A program made the position numbers and the translations under genes. The notes below the pieces were generated by a model. The model was not told where the DNA came from, made no database searches, and saw only the letters and a program-made list of their open reading frames with translations. A stretch of 64,000 bases of DNA from Oopsacas minuta. Its lineage: Eukaryota; Animalia; Porifera. This document shows positions 13,450-25,011 of this stretch, in pieces (positions within the stretch are counted from its first letter, which is position 1; every line of letters starts with the position of its first letter). Location of the stretch: positions 247,260 to 311,259 of the forward strand of contig JAKMXF010000328.1 of assembly GCA_024704765.1 (NCBI GenBank), given 5' to 3'.

Positions 13450-15215
13450 ATGCCAAAGCGTTGTGCAGCTTACAATTGTGGGGTGATTACATATGTGAAC
13501 CTCATACTCCAGCTGTAAGTTTTCCTACGGATGATGAACGGAAAAGCTGGATTGAGGTAATGCCAAATGATCGTGGTAGTCTCACTGATTGAAATGAAAT
13601 GTTTGTATGTTCATCACATTTTCAATGCAATGGGTCACTGTTAAAGGTGGAAAGCGGTCGATTGGACCTCCTACCTATTTTAAGGGAGTAGCAAAATCCT
13701 GCCTGAAGCAAACCTTAACATATCCCAGGCCAACAAAGAAGGCTTCGTCTGACGTACTTGAAAATTGCAAAAGAAATATCTAAATAAATTAGATAGGATT
13801 GATAAATTTTCAATTTTTACAAACGAGGCAGCAGCACGTTATACTTCGTTTAGTGTCAGAAGCAAATGCAGGGAATTGACAATGTTTAAGCAGGATGAAC
13901 TCGGAAGAAAGGTTGTTCAATTTATCAATATCAAGGAAATTGAATCACTTTTTGGTTTCTTGCACTTGGTGAAGGCAGAGAAAGATGGCTACGCGATTCC
14001 CAAACGTTATTTCAGTCTACAGAAGAATAACCTTCTTCATAGATGATCTCAAGTTGATGAAATACTTTCTACTGTGGAGAATTATCAAGCGTCTAATTCT
14101 GATCATTTGGCGAATGTTATGTACGAGTTAAAACAAATGACATCGGAAGTGTAAGAATGTCCACAATTTCAGTTCCTAGGGGTGCAACTCGACAACTTCT
14201 TGACACCCTACAATAAAATCTGCTACACAAAGCATCTGCTTATTCTCGCTGGAGAACTTCTATGTATCTCTCCAGCAGCATACAGGATGTTAAGAAATTC
14301 AAGAACTATTATCCTTCCTTGGGAGAGATTACTTCGAGATTAGATGACGCGCAGCTTTCCGAACAACGAATTGCCTCGCATATTTGAAGTTCTCAAACCA
14401 GAGCAGCGTTTTGTCAACATTTTGTTCGATGAAGTAAAGCTAATTACAACAAGTCGCTTCAGTGCAGGTCACATAATTGGCAATGCCAATGATGCGCCTA
14501 GTGAACAAGCCACCTCAGCCCTTTGTACCGAAGTTGTTTGTCATCAAGGCGGGCCACGTTTGGTATTTGGTATCCATCTAAAGAAGAACATAAATTCAAC
14601 GGATCTCCAAAAATAATTTTGTTGGAAATTATGGAAGTCATGAAAGATGGTGGTGTGAGACCAATATCCTTTATCTGTGATAACTGCCCGCTAAATCAAG
14701 GAGTATATAAATTACTTGGTGGTCCAGGGAGAGTGGTGTTGGATGGAATCGAAGTATTTCTTTTATGCACATCATGAAGAATTTGGGAAACAATTGGATA
14801 ACAGATAAACTTCAAGAGTTATCATTTGTGGAGGACGGTACAGAATACCTCGCATGTTGGAAAGATATTCAAGCACTTAATGAAGAGGACAAAAAACCCA
14901 CTACGACTCACAAAGCTTACACATACATCAGTATTTCCTAAACCTCTCCAACGACCGAGCATACCACTCGTCTGTCAAGTTTTTCACGAAAAGACTGTTG
15001 TAGCATTAAAAGCTTTGAAAAATACGGTAAATCTCCAGGAAGGGACTATTAGGTTAATCACAATGGTCACAAATTGGTTTAAAATGATGAATGTGAAGGA
15101 TAAGTTTGGGGCAATCAATCTATGGGATCCATTTGAGCTCCATGGACACTCAACTACGAAAACTTCGACATGCTGTTAGCAATGTGTGATGTGATAGGTT
15201 CCTGTCGCTGGAAGG
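13450..15215 (+). pseudogene. P-element/THAP9-like transposase, decayed (left arm copy)
   Basis: THAP-like MPKRCAAYNC...W...VCSSHF...PPTYF; NILFDEVKL; SFICDNCPLNQ; KLTHTSVFPKPLQR.SIPLVCQVFHEKT; NWFKMMNVK. Many frameshifts and stops; cut off at the central element. Confidence 0.85.
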
Positions 15216-15254
15216 TGACAAATACAGTCAAGGGACAAAAGTATTCGACCACAC

Positions 15255-16222
15255 GGGGGCGCTGCATTAGGTCGAATTTCGGTGTTGGCATTAGGTCGAA
15301 TTCCGTGTGTTGGCATTAGGTCGAATTGAAAATGTATCGAATTTAATATGTATGCATTAGGTCGAAATTTATATGTATGCATTAGGTCGAATTTCGTGTG
15401 TTGGCATTAGGTCGAATTTTATATGTATGCATTAGGTCGAATTTCGCGTGTTGGCATTAGGTCGAATTTTATATGTATGCATTAGGTCGAATTCCGTGTG
15501 TTGGCATTAGATCGAATTAAGACGTTGTGATAGATCGAATTTATTTAGCTATGTTGTCGATAGATCGATATAGAAAATGGATTTATAGAAACGAGAAAGT
15601 GATAGGACATTTTATTGTATTAATTATAAACCCGTACCATTGGGAGGGGATTAGGAATTTTGTTCACTACCTTATTGGTCTGGGAGTTTTCATTTGTACT
15701 CGTTACTCAGCTACCTAGGGGTGGGGATGTGGAGTCCATGCTAATTTTGTGTATGGATGGACTTTTGTTGGATTAATTATTAGAAAAGTTTGCGAAATGG
15801 CGGATCGCTGGATTTTTTGCTTTTAAAAATTTAAGGAAGCTTTCAGTGTTTCTCAAAAAATATGAATTGGCCTTAAAGATGAGATATTCATAGCTAATAT
15901 TCATTCGCTCTATCCTCAACTTCGCTAGAATAGTATTCGACCTAATGCATACATATTTAATCCGACCTAATGCCAACATACGAAATTCGACCCAATGCAC
16001 ACATATAAAATTCGACCTAATGCCAACACACGGATTTCGACCTAATGCATACATATAAAATTCGACCTAATGCCAACACACGAAATTCGACCTAATGCAT
16101 ACATATAAATTTCGACCTAATGCATACATATTAAATTCGATACATTTTCAATTCGACCTAATGCCAACACACGGAATTCGACCTAATGCCAACACCGAAA
16201 TTCGACCTAATGCAGCGCCCCC
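15255..16222. mobile_element. Non-autonomous foldback (MULE-like) element with TIRs made of 25-bp subrepeats
   Basis: Ends GGGGGCGCTGCATTAGGTCGAA / TTCGACCTAATGCAGCGCCCCC, about 10 copies of GCATTAGGTCGAA per side, and a ~410 bp unique core. Similar in architecture to 55437-55891. The exact terminus is uncertain; an alternative is TA|CAGTCAAGGG at ~15228. Confidence 0.6.
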
Positions 16223-16261
16223 GTGTGGTCGAATACTTTTGTCCCTTGACTGTATTTGTCA

Positions 16262-18027
16262 CCTTCCAGCGACAGGAACCTATCACATCACACATTGCTA
16301 ACAGCATGTCGAAGTTTTCGTAGTTGAGTGTCCATGGAGCTCAAATGGATCCCATAGATTGATTGCCCCAAACTTATCCTTCACATTCATCATTTTAAAC
16401 CAATTTGTGACCATTGTGATTAACCTAATAGTCCCTTCCTGGAGATTTACCGTATTTTTCAAAGCTTTTAATGCTACAACAGTCTTTTCGTGAAAAACTT
16501 GACAGACGAGTGGTATGCTCGGTCGTTGGAGAGGTTTAGGAAATACTGATGTATGTGTAAGCTTTGTGAGTCGTAGTGGGTTTTTTGTCCTCTTCATTAA
16601 GTGCTTGAATATCTTTCCAACATGCGAGGTATTCTGTACCGTCCTCCACAAATGATAACTCTTGAAGTTTATCTGTTATCCAATTGTTTCCCAAATTCTT
16701 CATGATGTGCATAAAAGAAATACTTCGATTCCATCCAACACCACTCTCCCTGGACCACCAAGTAATTTATATACTCCTTGATTTAGCGGGCAGTTATCAC
16801 AGATAAAGGATATTGGTCTCACACCACCATCTTTCATGACTTCCATAATTTCCAACAAAATTATTTTTGGAGATCCGTTGAATTTATGTTCTTCTTTAGA
16901 TGGATACCAAATACCAAACGTGGCCCGCCTTGATGACAAACAACTTCGGTACAAAGGGCTGAGGTGGCTTGTTCACTAGGCGCATCATTGGCATTGCCAA
17001 TTATGTGACCTGCACTGAAGCGACTTGTTGTAATTAGCTTTACTTCATCGAACAAAATGTTGACAAAACGCTGCTCTGGTTTGAGAACTTCAAATATGCG
17101 AGGCAATTCGTTGTTCGGAAAGCTGCGCGTCATCTAATCTCGAAGTAATCTCTCCCAAGGAAGGATAATAGTTCTTGAATTTCTTAACATCCTGTATGCT
17201 GCTGGAGAGATACATAGAAGTTCTCCAGCGAGAATAAGCAGATGCTTTGTGTAGCAGATTTTATTGTAGGGTGTCAAGAAGTTGTCGAGTTGCACCCCTA
17301 GGAACTGAAATTGTGGACATTCTTACACTTCCGATGTCATTTGTTTTAACTCGTACATAACATTCGCCAAATGATCAGAATTAGACGCTTGATAATTCTC
17401 CACAGTAGAAAGTATTTCATCAACTTGAGATCATCTATGAAGAAGGTTATTCTTCTGTAGACTGAAATAACGTTTGGGAATCGCGTAGCCATCTTTCTCT
17501 GCCTTCACCAAGTGCAAGAAACCAAAAAGTGATTCAATTTCCTTGATATTGATAAATTGAACAACCTTTCTTCCGAGTTCATCCTGCTTAAACATTGTCA
17601 ATTCCCTGCATTTGCTTCTGACACTAAACGAAGTATAACGTGCTGCTGCCTCGTTTGTAAAAATTGAAAATTTATCAATCCTATCTAATTTATTTAGATA
17701 TTTCTTTTGCAATTTTCAAGTACGTCAGACGAAGCCTTCTTTGTTGGCCTGGGATATGTTAAGGTTTGCTTCAGGCAGGATTTTGCTACTCCCTTAAAAT
17801 AGGTAGGAGGTCCAATCGACCGCTTTCCACCTTTAACAGTGACCCATTGCATTGAAAATGTGATGAACATACAAACATTTCATTTCAATCAGTGAGACTA
17901 CCACGATCATTTGGCATTACCTCAATCCAGCTTTTCCGTTCATCATCCGTAGGAAAACTTACAGCTGGAGTATGAGGTTCACATATGTAATCACCCCACA
18001 ATTGTAAGCTGCACAACGCTTTGGCAT
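16262..18027 (-). pseudogene. P-element/THAP9-like transposase, decayed (right arm mirror copy)
   Basis: Its ORF translations are identical to those of 13450-15215. Confidence 0.85.
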
Positions 18028-19240
18028 GCTAATGTTCTGCTAAACTAAGAGACTACAAGATAATTATACATTTGTCATAACTAACTCGTACCAATTACGA
18101 AATATTCACGATTTTACCTTATATGGAGGTGTGAAACCGCATAACTCACATCCCACAAATATTTGAGGTAAGGAAATGTGACTAAATGACTCCTTACCCA
18201 TGAATTCCATTGTATAATAACACTTTTATCATGTCTAACTCTACCTGGAAGCGATATTTTGACATTATTAACATAATGTGGAAAGGTGTGAAAACCGCAT
18301 AACTCACATTCCACAAATCTTTCAGGTAAGACAACATGACCAATAGGCTCTAAAAGTATAACTTCCTATTCAACAATAACACATTTGGGGTATCTAACTA
18401 TAGCCGTTTACGAGATCTCGATAAATGCACAATGAACCCAAGTTCCAAGACCCGAGCTGGCAGCCCACAGTCCTTTATTAAAGTAGTTTATGATTTCTAA
18501 GCATGCCATAATGATTGTATAGATCCAGTTTTATTGGGAGTAGATCTTCTGGAATGGGTCCAGGATAACCAAAACAGGATGAAATAATACAATACTAAGC
18601 GTGTATTCTGCCATATTCAAAAAAATACATAAATTAAATGAATATAATCACTCTATAATATGAATGATTTGATTGAGTATATATTTAGATGCAATAATTG
18701 ACCATAATTCCATGCTAGATAAATGGTAACTAAGTTAAGAGCAAGAGATAGGGAAAGTTGGTAAATTTCTTTGTGGTAATCTATTGATGGATTTGGATAT
18801 AGATACAGAATTATACTAAGTTTGGTGAGTATATAGCCATTTTTGTAAGAATTATGCATTTTCAAATCTTCGGAAAATAGGAGGGTGGGTAATATTATTA
18901 GGGTATGATAGAATATGCAAAAAATATCTTGATAACTTGAGTATCCTTGGACATAGAAATTAGCCTAATACACCATTCGATAGCAAATATGTGACTTACT
19001 ATTACCAAATAATATATCTAAAGAGGCTATGCCAAAGGAGTTAGGAAATTCGGGCAATTTAAGGTCAATTTTGCGAAAGTGACTCAGCAAAATATAAAAC
19101 CGCAAGGGTCAACTCGAAATATTTTCAAATTTATCTTTCACATTTCCTAGAAAAGAGTAAAGGCAACTTTTCCCTTATGTAGAAGTTTAACCGACGATGT
19201 TTACTTTTCTCGATCCGGCCTATTAGATAGCGATAGTTAA

Positions 19241-19776
19241 GTTGGTATTCACAAATGAAAGTAAAAACTAAGTAAATACTTAGTTTTTCTGAAATCTAAG
19301 TAAAACTGAGTAAATACTTAGTTTCCCTACGGAACTAAGTATTTTTAAGTCTAGTCTTGAGGTCACTTAACTCATCATATTTTTATTATAAGAGCGTACT
19401 TTCCTAGGTTAGAAGATTTATCAAATTTAAGATTCCTTCTTGTCATCTAATTCACTTTTATTAAGTAAATTCGACTGCTGAAGTGCGTAATGATTTTACA
19501 TACTTTCGAAAGTTTATCTACTTGTTCACAAAAAGGTTAATATCTCTGTGCATATTTCAACAAACTATACAATACTTAGTTATACTCGTTGGAAACCAAG
19601 TATTTGAACTTATACTTAACTAATACTTAGTTTTACTTAGTTTTCTTTCAAAACTAAGTATATACTAAGTATTGGTTAAGTATACGTGCATTGATGAGAA
19701 CTTAGCAAAAACTAAGATTTACTTAGTTTCGAGTTAAGTTTAAGTTTAATTCAAGTAGTTTAGTGAATAAGGCCCC
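19241..19776. mobile_element. MITE-like element rich in ACTAAGT/ACTTAGT motifs (PIF/Harbinger-like end)
   Basis: Right end GTGAATAAGGCCCC. The left counterpart GGTATTCACAAA is degenerate. Oppositely oriented ACTAAGTA/TACTTAGT motif clusters lie at both ends. Confidence 0.5.
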
Positions 19777-19777
19777 T

Positions 19778-19935
19778 GATGACGTAATAATTCCATGATG
19801 AGTTATCATAATTTGTACATGTGTGAATTTTTGATCCAAGACTCGAAAAGTCTAAAATACCCCTGTATGCAATATATCAGCCTGGGGAAAATGGAGTTTC
19901 TTCAATCAATCCTGGACATACGCCTACAAACATAC
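19778..19935 (-). repeat. 5' fragment of the Helentron-like family seen at 4808-5500
   Basis: GTGTGAATTTTTGATCCAAGACTC...GTTTCTTCAATCAATCCTGGACATAC matches 5108-5222. Confidence 0.7.
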
Positions 19936-21368
19936 TCTCTCTGAGAGCTTCCAACTCGGTTTCAACTCTATGACCACCTCTAACGTAGTTGTTGTCATAA
20001 GAGAGTTAATAAACATCAAGCAACATCTCAATACATAGTGGTTTACATTTAATTCGCGACACTCCTTTTTGAACATTATTGAATTAGTTTAGGGTTGAAT
20101 TCCTAATTAGACACGTTTCTTGCAAACTTCCAGCAGCACATTTGGTTGTTGATTGAATACTATATAACAAGAATGGGTCTTCGAAGAGTACAAGTGTGTA
20201 CACCAATGGCAGAATATCTTATGGAAGATATTGAAATGTCACTAATACAAGAATTTTCGCTAGTTACTAGTGTTCTGCCTGTGATTATTACTGAAAGTGT
20301 ATTCACTATTGCACTGGAATTTTGAGTTTGTAGTTATTTACTACGTAATTATTTATCAAATAATCTCTTGTTTTAAGGTCCCATTTCTTCCGAGTTCCAG
20401 CCTGTGGAAACTGATTCACATCTTTCTGTAAGCAATACATTAGATATTTCTAACAAAGTAAATTATCATTATACAATAACATACTCTCAACATTCCTTTT
20501 AACGTTAAAAAAAAGGTGGCCGTTTGTCCGGAAGAGACGATTGTCCTTAAATTTCAACAAACACAACCAACTAACATGCCATCTCCTGATCATCGCCTTA
20601 TGGCTTTCGAAACAATAACTAAAAACCCATTGCTCATACATTCACTCAAGAGATGAAAAGACTATTTAGTAGCCAGATTTCGTTCAGGGAATCAACAGTC
20701 ACTGGCTTCAATATTCTAATGCGTCACTTTGAAGATATTACAACAAAATTTGTCATCTATGATAATGCTTATAATCGACACATTTGTTTAATAAGGTAAT
20801 TATTAGTATCATAGGTCATTAACTTTCTAATATTAGAGTGAAAGAAAAATTGTCCCGAAATTCCTAGATAAACCCTTGCCAGAGATAGTTGAATAATCAT
20901 CGAGTTGAAACCAATAAGGATGCTCTCGGAATGAGACTAGTACATAATTCCAACTTCCAAATATATCAAATTACCTTGCGCAAATAGAATACTAATAAAT
21001 GTAAACATTGGCTGATATTCACTACTAATACGGATACCGACATTTCGCTCAATTTTTGATTGGTCAATTTTGTTAATAATTTAACAGGTTTTATATGGCT
21101 AAATAATGGAACTAATTTCTTGTCCTGAATTCGTTTGGTTAATTCTAACTTAAATTTAATTGCTCTACCAGTTGCTTTGCAGAAATTTGCTAAATAGATT
21201 AACTAAGTAGCTTGTATAGATTCATTTAGATTGTGGTCGAAAATATACATAGTTTATTATTAGAGGATGACATATATAATTACGTAGAAGTTATTACAAA
21301 CTGGTATAGCTTTAAGAGCAATGACTAGATCTTATTGCATTTGTTTCAAACAATTTTAGCGTTCTGGC

Positions 21369-23764
21369 TAGGGATTCTAATCTGGCCCTGGGATCCCGGG
21401 ATTAAGTATTCCAATCACGGGATTCTCAAACGAATTGATCACACTTCAAATATTGGGTTCCATTGAATTATATCGCGTTAACTTAATTGGGAAGCTGCAG
21501 AAATTATATGTAACAATGGCAATCTGATGTTCGCAGTACTCATAATATTATATCACCAATTTATACACATAAAGTATACTACATATTACTATAGTACATT
21601 CTTAACTGAACCGATATTGTAATTCTTTGGCTACATGGCAGTGAACCACGTTAGATTTCGAGAATTTAAGGGTGCACCAATTTGGACACATTATAAGCGA
21701 TCATCATGTGGAAACCTGGCAGAATGCAAGATTTGTGAGAAGAATCTAAAGTGTCATGGAGGATCAACCAAAGGTTTGCATGTCCACCTTAAATCTTGTC
21801 ATAATGTCGATTTACTAATACGTACTATTTTAGAGAGTGATATCGAAAACAAAGAACAAGAATCCAACTGAAACACAAAAGAAATTGAAAAGTTTTATAA
21901 ATGATGCCGGCCTTCCAGCAGTGCTGGCCAGAATGACCGCTTATGGCGGCCTTTCTTTTAAAATATATATTACTTCGCAGGACTTACGGAAATTTCTTAC
22001 CGCACTAGGACACTCTGTACCTAAATTTATCACCAGTATAAGAGAATTAGTTATGCAATACGGACAACAAATACGTCAAAAAAACACCCGAAAGTTAGCT
22101 AATCTTAAATCAGAAGGAAACAAATTTGGCCTTACATTGCATGAGTGGACATCACTGGGTAATAGAAGATATAGATACTTGAATATAAATGTATATGGGA
22201 GAGGTTATCTTATAAATCTTGGGTTAGTGAGATTAAAGGGAATTTTCACTGCAGAAATATCTTCGGATGCAATCTCTAATAAGCTAAGTGAATTTGGTTT
22301 AGATTATCGTCCAGATATTGTTGGCATCGCAACAAATGGTTGTGCGATGATGAAAAAACTAGTTAGAATAATACCTCCATTCCAACAATTATGCTACGCA
22401 CATGGACTCCAGCTAGTCTTACAAGACATATTCTATCGAAGCAAGCCTAAATCCAAGAATTAATCATTTCTACTACTGATCCTGATGAAGAGGAAGGATC
22501 ATTGGATAATGATGAAGAAAGTGGTGGTTTAATTGTTTTAAATACCCCTGGTCAGGAGATTTCATTAGAACTATGCGACGATATTATTGACACTGGCCAA
22601 ATACGTGGAAATGTGAAACAATTTAAGCGATCGCCATTGAAATTGAGACATTACAAATATATGTCAGAGAAACCCATCCCAATGGATTAAACTTAATCCT
22701 TGATTGTAAGACTCGATGGAGTTCTCTACTAGATATGTTATCAAAAATTATTCAACTTAAGCTACCAGTTCAAAAGGCTCTATTGGACCTTGGACCAAGT
22801 GCGGATCTAAGCGATCATGATTTCATCAAGATTGAGGCAATCGCTAAAGTTCTCACTCCAATCAATATTGCAGTAGAAGCTCTATGTAGGCGTGATGCTA
22901 CCATAATAACTGCGGAAGTAACAATAAAGTTTCTATTAAATGAGCTCAGTGTGTCTCCTTCACATTAGGCGAATTATTGAAGAGAGATACTCGATGCATT
23001 GGTTGTTATTCAACATCTCCACAATCCTCAAGCTCAAATTGAGAAAAAAGTAACAATTAACAGATTTTGTTGCGAGTTATTCTTAAGAATTAGGGAAAAT
23101 GTGGATGCTGAAGAAAATTTGAATGAAGCACAATCCACAACTACTTCAGGAAATAATTCTGAACATTCGGATCCAGGAAATGTATCCGTCCAAGAGAAAC
23201 TTCAAATTGCAATAAATGCTTCTCTATAAAATCCCCAAAAGAGTTCCCAAAAGAACTTACCACTATCAACTCATCTCAAGTATGAGCTAACAATCGCTGA
23301 ACAGACAGGGAAAAGAGATAATTTTTTGGAAGAAATTTATCAATTGCTATACATCATCCTACCAACTTCAGGCTAAATCATTCTCTTCAGCAGCGTACCT
23401 ATGCAATAGGTTTAGAAGTAGGCTCAGCGATGAAACAATAGATGCTTTGGTGTTTATTAGAAATAACATCACTAATTAGTAATAGTACACGCTTTGGGTA
23501 TCGAATCGTGATACTTTGTCGTATTTCCATTTGTTTCTATGCTACTTTCATTATTATTCTCATTCATTTTCCATTAAATTCAGTACTGAAGAACGTGAAT
23601 ATATACTCAATAATCGCCGTACAACCGAAAGCAAGCAAATTACTTGTAACTATTACAAAGAATAATCCATCAATCATAGTATTAGTATAAGCTATGTACA
23701 TATATAGAAGTAAAAAATTTAATATATTAATTAAGCATGCTCAATCCCGGGATTGGAGTCCCTA
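21369..23764 (+). mobile_element. hAT (Ac/ZBED1-like) transposon, decayed
   Basis: Imperfect TIRs TAGGGATTCTAATC / GATTGGAGTCCCTA with CCCGGGATT subterminal motifs. No TSD was recognised. Confidence 0.8.
21635..23500 (+). pseudogene. BED-finger hAT transposase, frameshifted
   Basis: IWTHY..AECKIC..GGSTKGLHVHLKSCH (BED finger); HEWTSLGNRRY; CYAHGLQLV; DCKTRWSSLLDML; C-terminal RLSDETIDALVFIR. Confidence 0.85.
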
Positions 23765-24769
23765 ATTGCACCAATAATTAACTTCTATGATAAATTTATA
23801 ATGAAGGGTAATAATATGTAAAATAGTAAAATATCAAACTCAAAGGATACCAAAGATCGCTGTAATTCTTATTAATAGCCCAATTTGGACTGTAGTCACA
23901 TTCCCTGACAATTAATGTTCGGGGAAACATAATCACTTGGAACTTGGTGCAATCTATATTCCCTATGTAAAGATGTTCGGGAAACACTATTCATTGTTAC
24001 ACCGGATTCACATAAATATTTCAGTAATACCATTGTAAAAATAATCTAAGTTTTCGGCACAGATAGTAATTTCAGATATTTTTTTCTTTCGAAAGGTGTG
24101 AAATTCATGGTACCTTTCTTTTATAATTTTTGTTAGAGGCAGGACAAAAGTTTGACCAATCTGAGATAGTGGGATTTAGCGTTCAATACTGGCTCATTAT
24201 ACTAGGGTTGGCACAGTAAAAAGGACTAAATTTTCGACCTAGGGGTTTTTATTAATGATTAGCATTATGTTCATGATTAAATCTGTCAATAAAGTCAGAT
24301 TATGATTTTGATTATGAATTCAGGAATTATTTAATCAATTACTATCGATTACTATTGCAGGGCTTGAGAAATATCAAAATCGTGAAAAATTAAGATTTAG
24401 TATTAGTTTTCTATGACAAGAATTCTGCAATTCTGTTGAATTTTTAGACGCTAATTCTTGTGGTACAAGACGAGGTCGTGAAAATTGAGAGCCCTGCTAT
24501 TGTTATCATAATCAGCCACAATTGCACAAGCCTAACCCGAACCACATGGCTCTGAAGATAACACATCGGTTTCTTAATTCTTTGATCTTTCATAATTAGT
24601 TGTTTTTCGTAAACCTTATCATCCGTAACTATGCTATGCCAAAATAATGAGCCACCCTCCCGCAAATATATTGATTCCAAACTATGTATTAAATTGGAGA
24701 GTCGGTATTGAGAATTGGTATTTATTTACCAAAATATTTGGACGGGTGGTCAGAAAAAATTCGTACGAG

Positions 24770-24900
24770 TTGAACTAAAACTATTTTGTGCCTAAAATAG
24801 GCACGAGTTCACTTAAAAGTTCGAGACGAGTTGACCAAATATAAATACGAGCTAACGAAGAATTAGAACGATTTGAATCAGGTGTGAGTTTACGGGTCCG
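24770..24900 (-). repeat. MULE-like terminal fragment with repeated ACGAGTT(G)AC motifs
   Basis: About five degenerate copies of ACGAGTTGA spaced ~25-30 bp apart; no partner end was found. Confidence 0.4.
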
Positions 24901-25011
24901 AATAATACAGTGAGCGAATCAATGATATGATTTTCAAAGATTGAGAAATATAAAGTATATAGGCAATATATACTACTATATTGCAATAGCTTTATAAATC
25001 AAAAGCTAACA

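Larger units (their letters stand above)
12252..19225. repeat. ~7 kb palindrome: arms 12252-~15440 and ~16037-19225
   Basis: Seven ORFs occur as identical mirror pairs with a constant coordinate sum of 31477. Spot checks of the nucleotides match. One mismatch was seen (12261 vs 19216). Confidence 0.97.

Noticed and set aside
15263-16215. CRISPR-like array (constant core with variable spacers)
   Set aside because: The core is only 13 bp, the linkers are ~12 bp and fall into two recurring types rather than unique spacers, the context is eukaryotic, and there are no cas genes.
15176-16301. ORFs 15176..15382, 15773..16054 and 16095..16301 as proteins
   Set aside because: They are translations of the subrepeat array (recurring RPNA / LGR motifs).
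12252-19225. Intact Galileo-like foldback P element with transposase-bearing TIRs
   Set aside because: No 7-8 bp TSD, the flanks are not contiguous, and the transposase is dead and truncated by a different element; a secondary inverted duplication fits better.
20100-20800. Possible decayed coding sequence on the minus strand
   Set aside because: Stops occur in all frames tried and no convincing family motif was found.
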